In this document: piece after piece, positions 18,288 through 25,332 of the stretch | Layout: every line of letters begins with the position of its first letter | Numbering within the stretch: the first letter of the stretch is position 1 | Source of the DNA: Patescibacteria group bacterium | Lineage (GTDB): Bacteria; Patescibacteriota; Minisyncoccia; Phycocordibacterales; PALSA-1337 | Direction: 5' to 3' | NCBI GenBank assembly: GCA_028865615.1 | Contig: JAGWJT010000003.1 | Location: 1 to 39,376, forward strand | DNA length: 39,376 nt | Position numbers and translations under genes: made by a program | Notes under the pieces: model-generated | Databases searched by the model: none | What the model was told of the DNA's origin: nothing | What the model saw: the letters and a program-made list of their open reading frames with translations, nothing else

Positions 18288-19292
18288 ATGCAATCGTCGC
18301 AAAACAACAGACATCCCGAGTATCAATATCTAGATCTTCTTCGGGATATTCTTGACAATGGCACGGTCAAGCATGACCACAATACTGGTATGGGCCTGAC
18401 AAGCGTCTTCGGCAGGCAAATGAGATTCGACTTGTCCAAAGGATTTCCGCTGCTTACGACCAAGAAGGTGCCATGGAACAGCATCATAAGCGAGCTGGCT
18501 TGGTTCATCACGGGTCAGACCAACATCAAGTTCCTAGTCGATCACAAGACGCCCATCTGGAACGATTATCCCTACAAGATTTACAAGAAGAAGGCGGACA
18601 AAGGGGGGTTGCCACAGCTTTCTCTGGAGGAATTTGTCGAGAAGATCAAGACCGACTATGATTTTGCCAAGGCTCACGGCGAACTGCCGCATATATACGG
18701 AGAACAATGGCGCGCCTGGCCAGCGGCCGATGGCAGGAAGATAGACCAGCTGGCTTGGATAGTGGATACCCTGAAGAATTTTCCGGAGAGGAAGCATGCC
18801 GTTCTGTCAGCCTGGAATCCGCAATTCCTATACGCCATGGCGAGGCCCGGCGAAGCTCTTTCATTCCCGCTCTGCCATATCCTTTTCCATTTCAATGTGT
18901 CAGGGAACAAGCTATCGTGCATGCTCTACCAGCGCTCCTGCGATACTTTCCTGGGAGTGCCGTTCAACATAGCCAGTTATTCGGCGCTCACTATGATCAT
19001 AGCCAAGATCGCCGGATATGAACCGGGCGAATTTATACACAACTTGGGCGACGTGCATATCTATCATGATCATTTGGAGCAAGTGAAAGAGCAGCTTACG
19101 CGCGAGCCGAGGCCTTTCCCGAGACTGGTATTGAGCGATCAGGTCAAAGACTTGGACTCATTCAGGCCGGAGATGGCGACCATAGAAGGCTACGATCCGC
19201 ACCCGCCGCTCAAAGCCAAGATGACCGTGGCGGGAGGGTTTGACGAGAAGGATCGCAAAGATTCAGGCCGGTCATGCGTAGTGCCGAAGTGA
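18288..19292 (+). CDS. thyA: Thymidylate synthase
   Basis: EYQYLDLL, FGRQMRFDL..GFPLLTTK, YGEQWR, catalytic LCH, YQRSCDTFLGVPFNIASY, GDVHIY. ATG 18288 preferred over 18207. Confidence 0.97.
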   Translation: MQSSQNNRHPEYQYLDLLRDILDNGTVKHDHNTGMGLTSVFGRQMRFDLSKGFPLLTTKKVPWNSIISELAWFITGQTNIKFLVDHKTPIWNDYPYKIYKKKADKGGLPQLSLEEFVEKIKTDYDFAKAHGELPHIYGEQWRAWPAADGRKIDQLAWIVDTLKNFPERKHAVLSAWNPQFLYAMARPGEALSFPLCHILFHFNVSGNKLSCMLYQRSCDTFLGVPFNIASYSALTMIIAKIAGYEPGEFIHNLGDVHIYHDHLEQVKEQLTREPRPFPRLVLSDQVKDLDSFRPEMATIEGYDPHPPLKAKMTVAGGFDEKDRKDSGRSCVVPK

Positions 19293-19329
19293 TAGGAGAA
19301 ATGCGTGAGCGGGGGCACTCTCTATATCA

Positions 19330-19355
19330 TGCCACTCTCATGCATGAGAGTGGCA
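19330..19355. terminator. 26-bp perfect palindrome between convergent thyA and toxin genes
   Basis: TGCCACTCTCATG-CATGAGAGTGGCA; no T tract, so terminator role is uncertain. Confidence 0.5.
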
Positions 19356-19358
19356 CAG

Positions 19359-19637
19359 TCATTGATAGATGTCGTGATCGCCGACGGAAAGGAGAGACAC
19401 CGTACTCTTTCCAAGATATTCAAATATGATCCGACATCTGTAATTTACTGAAAATGCCCACTGATCATAGAGCTTTCCGTGGAGTTTGTGAACTTTAAGT
19501 GCTTTATGGTTCGATCGACTGCCAAAAAGCAAGATCTTTTCTCTGATCTCATCCTGCAGATCTTTTGGCAGGTCTCGATATTTTCGTACAAATCTGGATG
19601 CATATGTGACCTTGATGATATCATCGCTCATCGCCAT
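19359..19637 (-). CDS. RelE/ParE superfamily (YafQ/YoeB-like) toxin
   Basis: F.RKYRDLP, LKVHKLHGKL..QWAFSVNYRCRIIF, VGDHDIY. Confidence 0.85.
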   Translation of the reverse strand: MAMSDDIIKVTYASRFVRKYRDLPKDLQDEIREKILLFGSRSNHKALKVHKLHGKLYDQWAFSVNYRCRIIFEYLGKSTVSLLSVGDHDIYQ

Positions 19638-19858
19638 GGCTTGAATTGCTTGGCTAACTTGTCAAGATCGCCTTCCAAGTACTTTCCTTCGCGAACTTCT
19701 CGCGAGGCCTTGAGGACTTCCTCTATGGCTTGGTTCTCGCGATATTTCATGAGGGCGCGACGGACGACGTCGGCTTTGTTGGCCGCTTCGCCGCTCTTGA
19801 CCATGTCGTTGATAAATTCCTCCAGGACTGCCGGGAGGGGAACAGATATAGTGCTCAT
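19628..19858 (-). CDS. Ribbon-helix-helix (CopG-like) antitoxin
   Basis: TISVPLP..LEEFI..MVKSGEAANKADVVRRAL; overlaps the toxin start. Confidence 0.85.
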   Translation of the reverse strand: MSTISVPLPAVLEEFINDMVKSGEAANKADVVRRALMKYRENQAIEEVLKASREVREGKYLEGDLDKLAKQFKPWR

Positions 19859-19905
19859 TGGTTTGGTTAGTTATATGATAATGTAATATGATGATATCAT
19901 ACGAC

Positions 19906-20098
19906 GGCTGGTGATGTAAAGCGTCGATGCTGGAACCGTTAATGCGAGAATGATGCGAGAGTAGATGTAGTGGTGGTTGTCCGAAATGTCGTTTTGAACG
20001 ATGTGAATGTGGTTTCACCGTTGCGGCCAACTCAATGGTAAGGGCCTGATAATCTGTTCTGTCTCACCGGTCTGCTCTCTCATGAGCGGGCCTTTTTT
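19906..20098 (+). ncRNA. Candidate rod-shaped structured RNA of about 190 nt (6S-like or attenuator)
   Basis: Extended -10 TG-A-TATCAT (19892-19900); nested pairings; terminator GGTCTGCTC/GAGCGGGCC plus T6; no convincing ORF. Confidence 0.5.
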
Positions 20099-20113
20099 GT
20101 TACAATCATCTCC

Positions 20114-20755
20114 ATGAATAGTCTACGACCAAAATTCATAGCTATTGAAGGCGGTGAAGGTTCTGGAAAGACAACTTTGATGGCGGCTTTGAAGGAAGAA
20201 TTTGACGATGAAGCTTTCTACACCCGAGAGCCCGGCGGGTCGCCGTATGCGGAACTCATACGGGAAGCGGCCATCAAGAATCCATTGGCCAAGACGGCAC
20301 CTGCAGAGACGACTCTATGTCTCATGTTCGCCGCGCGGTTCGACAATGTGGTCAATGCGGTCAAGTCGGCTCTAGAGCGCGGATTGCTGGTCATTGCGGA
20401 CAGGTTCGACGGCTCTTCCTATGCCTACAACGTGGCGGCGCAATCCGACTACGCTCTGGAAGATATATTCTGGAAATTGCGCGAGCGGCTCACTATTGTT
20501 CCGGACGCTTACATCTTCTTAGATGTTGCCCCGGAAGAAGGCCTGCGCCGGGTCAATGCCAGGAATCAGTCTCTGATCAAAGGGCAGTACGATCATTTCG
20601 ACGACCGCGAGCTCGGTTTCCACCGCAAAGTCCGTGAAGGCTACCTCAAATTTTTGCAAAAAGTGCCGCACATCGTCATAGACGGCAACAAGCCGCTCGA
20701 AGAGGTCAAAAATGCCTTTTTGGAGGCTGTGCATAAGTCGGTTGACATAAAGTAA
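20114..20755 (+). CDS. tmk: Thymidylate kinase
   Basis: FIAIEGGEGSGKTT P-loop, TREPGG, LMFAAR, IADRF..SSYAY. Confidence 0.96.
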   Translation: MNSLRPKFIAIEGGEGSGKTTLMAALKEEFDDEAFYTREPGGSPYAELIREAAIKNPLAKTAPAETTLCLMFAARFDNVVNAVKSALERGLLVIADRFDGSSYAYNVAAQSDYALEDIFWKLRERLTIVPDAYIFLDVAPEEGLRRVNARNQSLIKGQYDHFDDRELGFHRKVREGYLKFLQKVPHIVIDGNKPLEEVKNAFLEAVHKSVDIK

Positions 20756-20769
20756 AGCGGGTGTAGTAT
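20742..20769 (+). promoter_or_regulatory. sigma70-type promoter
   Basis: TTGACA (20742-20747), 16-bp spacer, TAGTAT (20764-20769). Confidence 0.6.
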
Positions 20770-20775
20770 TGTCTC

Positions 20776-21215
20776 CGAAGCGCCGTTTCAACTATTCCTC
20801 GGCGCACGTTCATTGAATCCGCGAAAATTAGCATTAAGCATGGCCTTGATAAGCTAAGTTAGTCGCCGCCCTCCCAGGCGCCATCTGGGAAACAAAGGAC
20901 GAAAATATCCAATCGTCCCGGTGCATAAGGTCGCATCGAACTGCCGCACGCTTTGGCTATCCCATATTGTTTAAAATGCCATCAGGCTAATTCTGGGAAT
21001 GTGCCGCATGTGCGTCAATAGAGTCAGTCGGCCCCAGCGCCAAATGAGCCGGTGAAGCTTCCGTTCACCACATCTCGTGAGATCGATCGGTCCCCCGGCT
21101 CCAATTTGCCAGCTGATCCCTTTGGTGGATTCGCCTGCCATCATAGGTTCATCTGGTTCCTCCCCGCCCGTCACAGCAACTTTTTGGGTTTGTTGCTGTG
21201 GCGGGCATGTTTTTT
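20776..21215 (+). ncRNA. Candidate multi-hairpin ncRNA of about 440 nt
   Basis: Promoter upstream, terminator downstream, serial stem-loops, no credible ORF. Confidence 0.45.
21166..21215 (+). terminator. Intrinsic terminator
   Basis: GCCCGTCACAGCAAC / GTTGCTGTGGCGGGC 15-bp stem followed by ATGTTTTTT. Confidence 0.75.
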
Positions 21216-21548
21216 CTCATGGTATTTGCCAGCTCATGCCGGCATTTTTTGTTTATAAATGTGCCGATAGCCGGGTGGAACACGTGCTATGTAATTCATA
21301 GGTGTCGAAAAAAGTTGGAATCCGGCTAAAAATGAGGGATTCCAGGATTTTTCGACACCCCCGTTTTGGGGTAATGTATCACGTCGGCCCGACGCCTGTT
21401 GTTTCTCAACTTTGGCCATCAATGATACAATCGTTCTATGCTTATGAATTCTACAAGGCGGACATGGTCCAGCTACGTCTAGGCGACGCTTGTTGTGGCC
21501 AGTCGTTTTCGATCCGACTGCTTTAATTCAAGCTAATAAAATACTCCA

Positions 21549-22802
21549 ATGAAAGACCCGCAAATAAAGAAACTGATAGAGGCCGAGAAGAAGCGTCAGA
21601 AGAAGGTCGTGAACCTGATCGCTTCGGAGAATTATGTTTCCAAAGACGTGCTCGAAGCGCTAGGCTCCGAGCTCACCAACAAATACGCCGAGGGATATCC
21701 GGGCCGGCGCTATTACGGCGGCAATGACATCATGGACAAAGTAGAGAGCCTGTGCCAGGAAAGGGCATTGGCGCTCTTCGGTTTGCCGGCCCATGAATGG
21801 CACGTCAACGTCCAGCCTTTGTCCGGTTCGCCCGCCAACATGGCCGTCTACACGGCCCTGCTGTCCAATCCATCAAAGGCACCGACCGATTCCGGCTCCA
21901 CACCCTACAACCCTGCATCCCTACAACCATCCAAGATCATGGCCATGTCTCTCGACCACGGCGGCCATCTCACCCACGGCCACAAAGTCTCGGCTACGGG
22001 CAAATTCTGGCAGCAGGTCCCCTACGGTATCGACCCCGTGACTGAGACTCTCAACTACGATCAGCTCCGCGAAACGGCCATGAAGGAGAAGCCTGCCATC
22101 CTGGTCACGGGGTACACGGCGTACCCGCGCGTCATAGATTGGGCGCGCATGAAAGAAGTGGCCGAAGCCGGCGGCGCTCTACTCATGGTGGACATGTCTC
22201 ATATCGCCGGTTTGGTGGCGGGGGGAGCTTACCCGTCGCCTTTTCCGTATGCGGACATAGTCACTACCACTACTCACAAGACTTTGCGAGGGCCGCGCGC
22301 GGCGCTCATATTCGTGCGACGCGATATGCGCGAGCTGGACAAGAAGATAGACAAGGCCGTTTTCCCGGGCTTACAAGGCGGTCCTCACATGAATGCCATA
22401 GCAGGCGTAGCCGTGGCTCTGCGCGAGGCCGCTACGCCGGCTTTCCGTCGCTATGCCGCTCAAGTAGTCAAGAATGCAAAGACTTTGGCCGGAGAGCTCC
22501 GCGATCGCGGTTGGAGGCTCATATCGGGAGGTACGGATTCGCATCTCATCCTGGTCGACACTTGGATGAGCGACGTGGTCAACGAAAAGGGCGCCGGCGG
22601 CGTGCCCGGCCGCGTAGCTAGCGAGCGTCTGGAAAAGGCGGGCATCATAGTGAACAAGAATGCCATACCTTTCGATTCTAGGCCGCCTGCTGATCCGAGC
22701 GGCATCAGACTTGGTACTGCCGCCGAAACCACTCGCGGCAAGAAAGAGGCTGACATGAAGAAGATCGCAAAGAGGATCGATGAAGTTCTGCGCAAGAAGT
22801 GA
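21549..22802 (+). CDS. glyA: Serine hydroxymethyltransferase
   Basis: NLIASEN, NKYAEGYPGRRYYGG, GGHLTHG, TTTTHKTLRGPR, FPGLQGGP, SGIRLGT. Confidence 0.98.
   Translation: MKDPQIKKLIEAEKKRQKKVVNLIASENYVSKDVLEALGSELTNKYAEGYPGRRYYGGNDIMDKVESLCQERALALFGLPAHEWHVNVQPLSGSPANMAVYTALLSNPSKAPTDSGSTPYNPASLQPSKIMAMSLDHGGHLTHGHKVSATGKFWQQVPYGIDPVTETLNYDQLRETAMKEKPAILVTGYTAYPRVIDWARMKEVAEAGGALLMVDMSHIAGLVAGGAYPSPFPYADIVTTTTHKTLRGPRAALIFVRRDMRELDKKIDKAVFPGLQGGPHMNAIAGVAVALREAATPAFRRYAAQVVKNAKTLAGELRDRGWRLISGGTDSHLILVDTWMSDVVNEKGAGGVPGRVASERLEKAGIIVNKNAIPFDSRPPADPSGIRLGTAAETTRGKKEADMKKIAKRIDEVLRKK
21902..21933 (+). repeat. Four degenerate 8-bp units inside a glyA loop insertion
   Basis: ACCCTACA ACCCTGCA TCCCTACA ACCATCCA. 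Confidence 0.6.
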
Positions 22803-22809
22803 TCGCCGT

Positions 22810-22934
22810 AAGGGAAAGGGACATGCTCCCTCGGAAGCGTTCGGAGCTCTGCAGAGCTCCTCACTCGGTTCTCGGCGATTTTCCTGCTGGAAAATCGCCT
22901 GCGAGTGTTCCTCGAGAGCATGTTCCTTTCCCTT
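22810..22934. repeat. 125-bp palindromic element, same family as the folD insert, opposite orientation
   Basis: 18/19-bp terminal IR; inner GGAGCTCTGCAGAGCTCC and GGCGATTTTCC-TGCT-GGAAAATCGCC. Confidence 0.9.
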
Positions 22935-22964
22935 GCTTATCAGATATCTGCTACAATATTTGCC

Positions 22965-24704
22965 ATGAAAGAACAACTGTTGAAGATTCTAGTTCGTGCG
23001 GTAGCATGGCTTGATGTTGAGCCATCTTCTGTTCATCTAGATTATCCTGAAGATCCGGCTCACGGTGATTTATCGACCAATGTGGCAATGGCGAACGCCA
23101 AGGCCCTGAATATCTCGCCGCGCGCTTTGGCCGAGAAGATCGTGGCGGAATTCGAAAAAGCCGCGCCGGATTTTGTGGCCAAAGTCGAGATTGCCGGGCC
23201 CGGTTTCATCAATTTCACCTTGAAGGACGAGGCTATAGCAAGAGCGGTTGTGAGATTTTCTGATGCAGCCAAACCGGAACCCGCCACCGCCGCGCCAAAA
23301 GTGATGGTCGAGTACACGGATCCGAATATATGCAAAGTCTTCCACGTAGGCCACTTGATGGCCAATGCCATAGGCGAATCGTTATCCAGGCTGATTGAAT
23401 TTTCCGGCAACGAAGTGATCAGAGCTTGTTATCCCAGCGACGTAGGCTTAAATGTGGCCAAAACCGTCGCAGCCATATTGAAATCGGATAAGGCCGATAT
23501 GCCGGCTGAATCCGCGGAACCGCGCAAAAAGGCCGAATATCTCGGTAAAATGTACGTGGTCGGCACAAAGATGTACGATGAAAGCGACGACCTGAAATCG
23601 TTCGTTATCGAGACGAACAAGAAGATATTCGCACGATCAGACAAGGAAGTGTCGGATCTCTATGACACATGCAGAAAGTGGAGCTTGGAATATTTCGAGC
23701 TCATATATGCGCGCCTCGGCACGAAGTTCAATGTGACCATATACGAAAGCGATGTGGCTGAACCGGGCATGAAGATCGTTCGCCAATTCTTGGGTAAAGG
23801 CGTTTTTTCGGAAAGCGACGGCGCCGTAGTCTTCAAAGGCGAGGATCATGGTTTGCATACCCGAGTATTTATCACTTCGCAAGGTTTGCCTACGTACGAA
23901 TCGAAAGAAGTTGGCCTGAATGTAAAGAAATTCCAGCTTTACCCGGATCTGGCCGAATCCATAGTGGTTACAGCCAATGAGCAGGACGATTATTTCAAAG
24001 TGTTGCTCAAAGCCATGTTTCTGGTCAGGCCTGATATAGCCGGCAAGACGAAGCATTTGAGCCATGGCCTGTTGAGATCCGTTGCGGGCAAGATGTCATC
24101 CAGGACCGGACAGGTTATGGCGGCGGAGACTCTGATAGACGAGATCAAGGATATGGTAAAAGAAAAAATTCAAAGCTCAAAGCTCAAAGCTCAAAATTCT
24201 AATCAAGAACGTGATTTTTCCGGCCATGATTTAGAAGAGATCGCCGACCAGGTAGCCATCGCCGCCATCAAATACACTATTCTCCGCCAGGGCATAGGCG
24301 GCGACGTCATATTCGACAGCGCCAAGTCCATATCGTTCGAGGGCGATTCGGGGCCGTATCTGCAATATTCGGCGGTCAGGGCGAAGTCGGTATTGGAAAA
24401 GTCAAAAGTCAAAAATCAAAAGTCAAAAGTTGAGACATATCCTGAAAAAGTGGGTATTTTGGAGAGACTCATTATCAGATTCCCGGATATTGTAGAACGA
24501 GCTAGGACAGAGTATGCGCCGCAGGTTGTGGCCGGCTACCTGATTTCGTTGGCGTCCGCTTTCAATAGTTTCTATGCGGGCAATACCATCGTGGACGAAA
24601 AAGAGCCGCTGTCGCCGTATCGCGTCGCTCTCACCCGCGCATTCCGGGATGTCATGACCGAAGGGTTGTGGCTTTTGGGCATCGAAGTGCCAAGGAAGAT
24701 GTAA
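22965..24704 (+). CDS. argS: Arginine--tRNA ligase
   Basis: HGDLSTN, AGPGFINF, VEYTDPN..K.FHVGH, KMSSRTG, FEGDSGPYLQYS. ATG 22965 after TG-C-TACAAT. Confidence 0.97.
   Translation: MKEQLLKILVRAVAWLDVEPSSVHLDYPEDPAHGDLSTNVAMANAKALNISPRALAEKIVAEFEKAAPDFVAKVEIAGPGFINFTLKDEAIARAVVRFSDAAKPEPATAAPKVMVEYTDPNICKVFHVGHLMANAIGESLSRLIEFSGNEVIRACYPSDVGLNVAKTVAAILKSDKADMPAESAEPRKKAEYLGKMYVVGTKMYDESDDLKSFVIETNKKIFARSDKEVSDLYDTCRKWSLEYFELIYARLGTKFNVTIYESDVAEPGMKIVRQFLGKGVFSESDGAVVFKGEDHGLHTRVFITSQGLPTYESKEVGLNVKKFQLYPDLAESIVVTANEQDDYFKVLLKAMFLVRPDIAGKTKHLSHGLLRSVAGKMSSRTGQVMAAETLIDEIKDMVKEKIQSSKLKAQNSNQERDFSGHDLEEIADQVAIAAIKYTILRQGIGGDVIFDSAKSISFEGDSGPYLQYSAVRAKSVLEKSKVKNQKSKVETYPEKVGILERLIIRFPDIVERARTEYAPQVVAGYLISLASAFNSFYAGNTIVDEKEPLSPYRVALTRAFRDVMTEGLWLLGIEVPRKM
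24170..24197 (+). repeat. In-frame heptamer tract in argS
   Basis: (TCAAAGC)3 TCAAAAT, encoding IQSSKLKAQN. Confidence 0.9.
24401..24428 (+). repeat. In-frame heptamer tract in argS
   Basis: GTCAAAA GTCAAAA ATCAAAA GTCAAAA, encoding KSKVKNQKSKV. Confidence 0.9.
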
Positions 24705-24742
24705 TTGACAAATTTAATACCTTTGTTAGTATAACGGTATTA
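24705..24742 (+). promoter_or_regulatory. TA operon promoter with overlapping palindromic operator
   Basis: TTGACA 24705-24710, TAGTAT 24727-24732; TAATACC...GGTATTA inverted repeat spanning the -10. Confidence 0.65.
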
Positions 24743-24766
24743 GTCGTCATATAATGCATTATTGTT

Positions 24767-25039
24767 ATGGACACCACTTTAACCATCAAAACTAACGGTA
24801 CTTTACGTCAAGAAGCCAAGAAAATGGCCGAAGAATTAGGTCTAACTCTGACTGCCGTGGTCAACGCATATCTGCGTCAATTCGTCCGTGAGCGTAAATT
24901 TTCAGTTTCCGCCACATCGACTCCTACCAAACGTAGTCTAGCTCTCTGGGAACGGATCAGTCGTGATATGGACAAAGGCATGGATTCATCGGGACCATTT
25001 TCTCAAGCTTCTGATCTGATCGCCCACCTCAAAATATAA
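24767..25039 (+). CDS. RelB/DinJ family antitoxin
   Basis: TTLTIKT..LRQEAKKMAEELGLTLTAVVNAYLRQFV; overlaps the toxin start. Confidence 0.88.
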   Translation: MDTTLTIKTNGTLRQEAKKMAEELGLTLTAVVNAYLRQFVRERKFSVSATSTPTKRSLALWERISRDMDKGMDSSGPFSQASDLIAHLKI

Positions 25040-25308
25040 TGTCCATGCTAGTCGTCTCTAGCCGCAATTTCAGTAAGGCGGCGGCTAGACTGCCGTCCAA
25101 GGTTAAAGCCGTGCTCAAAAATAGGTTGGAGATGTTCATGTCGGATCCGTATGCCTCAGTCCTCAACAACCATCGTTTGCATGGGTCTATGCGACACTAC
25201 AGGAGCATCAATATCACCGGAGATTATCGTCTGATATATGAAGAATATGATGATGTGACTATACGTTTGATAGATATCGGGACTCACGGGCGCATTTATG
25301 GAAAGTGA
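25039..25308 (+). CDS. RelE/YafQ family mRNA interferase toxin
   Basis: LNNHRLHG...YRSINITGDYRLIY, IDIGTH. Confidence 0.88.
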   Translation: MSMLVVSSRNFSKAAARLPSKVKAVLKNRLEMFMSDPYASVLNNHRLHGSMRHYRSINITGDYRLIYEEYDDVTIRLIDIGTHGRIYGK

Positions 25309-25332
25309 TAGAAAATGCTAGAATAGCTCATT

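Noticed and set aside
19957-20033. THF riboswitch (GAGAGTAG start, thymidylate/folate context)
   Set aside because: The conserved GCGTTAAGTG segment and complementary pseudoknot strands are not visible.
20776-21525. tmRNA, RNase P RNA, SRP RNA, or the short ORFs listed in this spacer
   Set aside because: No GAGGAAAGTCC, no tRNA-Ala-like ends, no SRP loop motif; ORFs are short, mutually overlapping and unlike known proteins.
22905-22964. ORF-track N-terminal extensions of argS (also thyA 18207, recO 28950, glyQS 31815, M16 34658, metG 37133)
   Set aside because: Extensions run through palindromes, repeats, promoters or upstream genes; downstream ATGs fit family N-termini and, in most cases, the -10 spacing.
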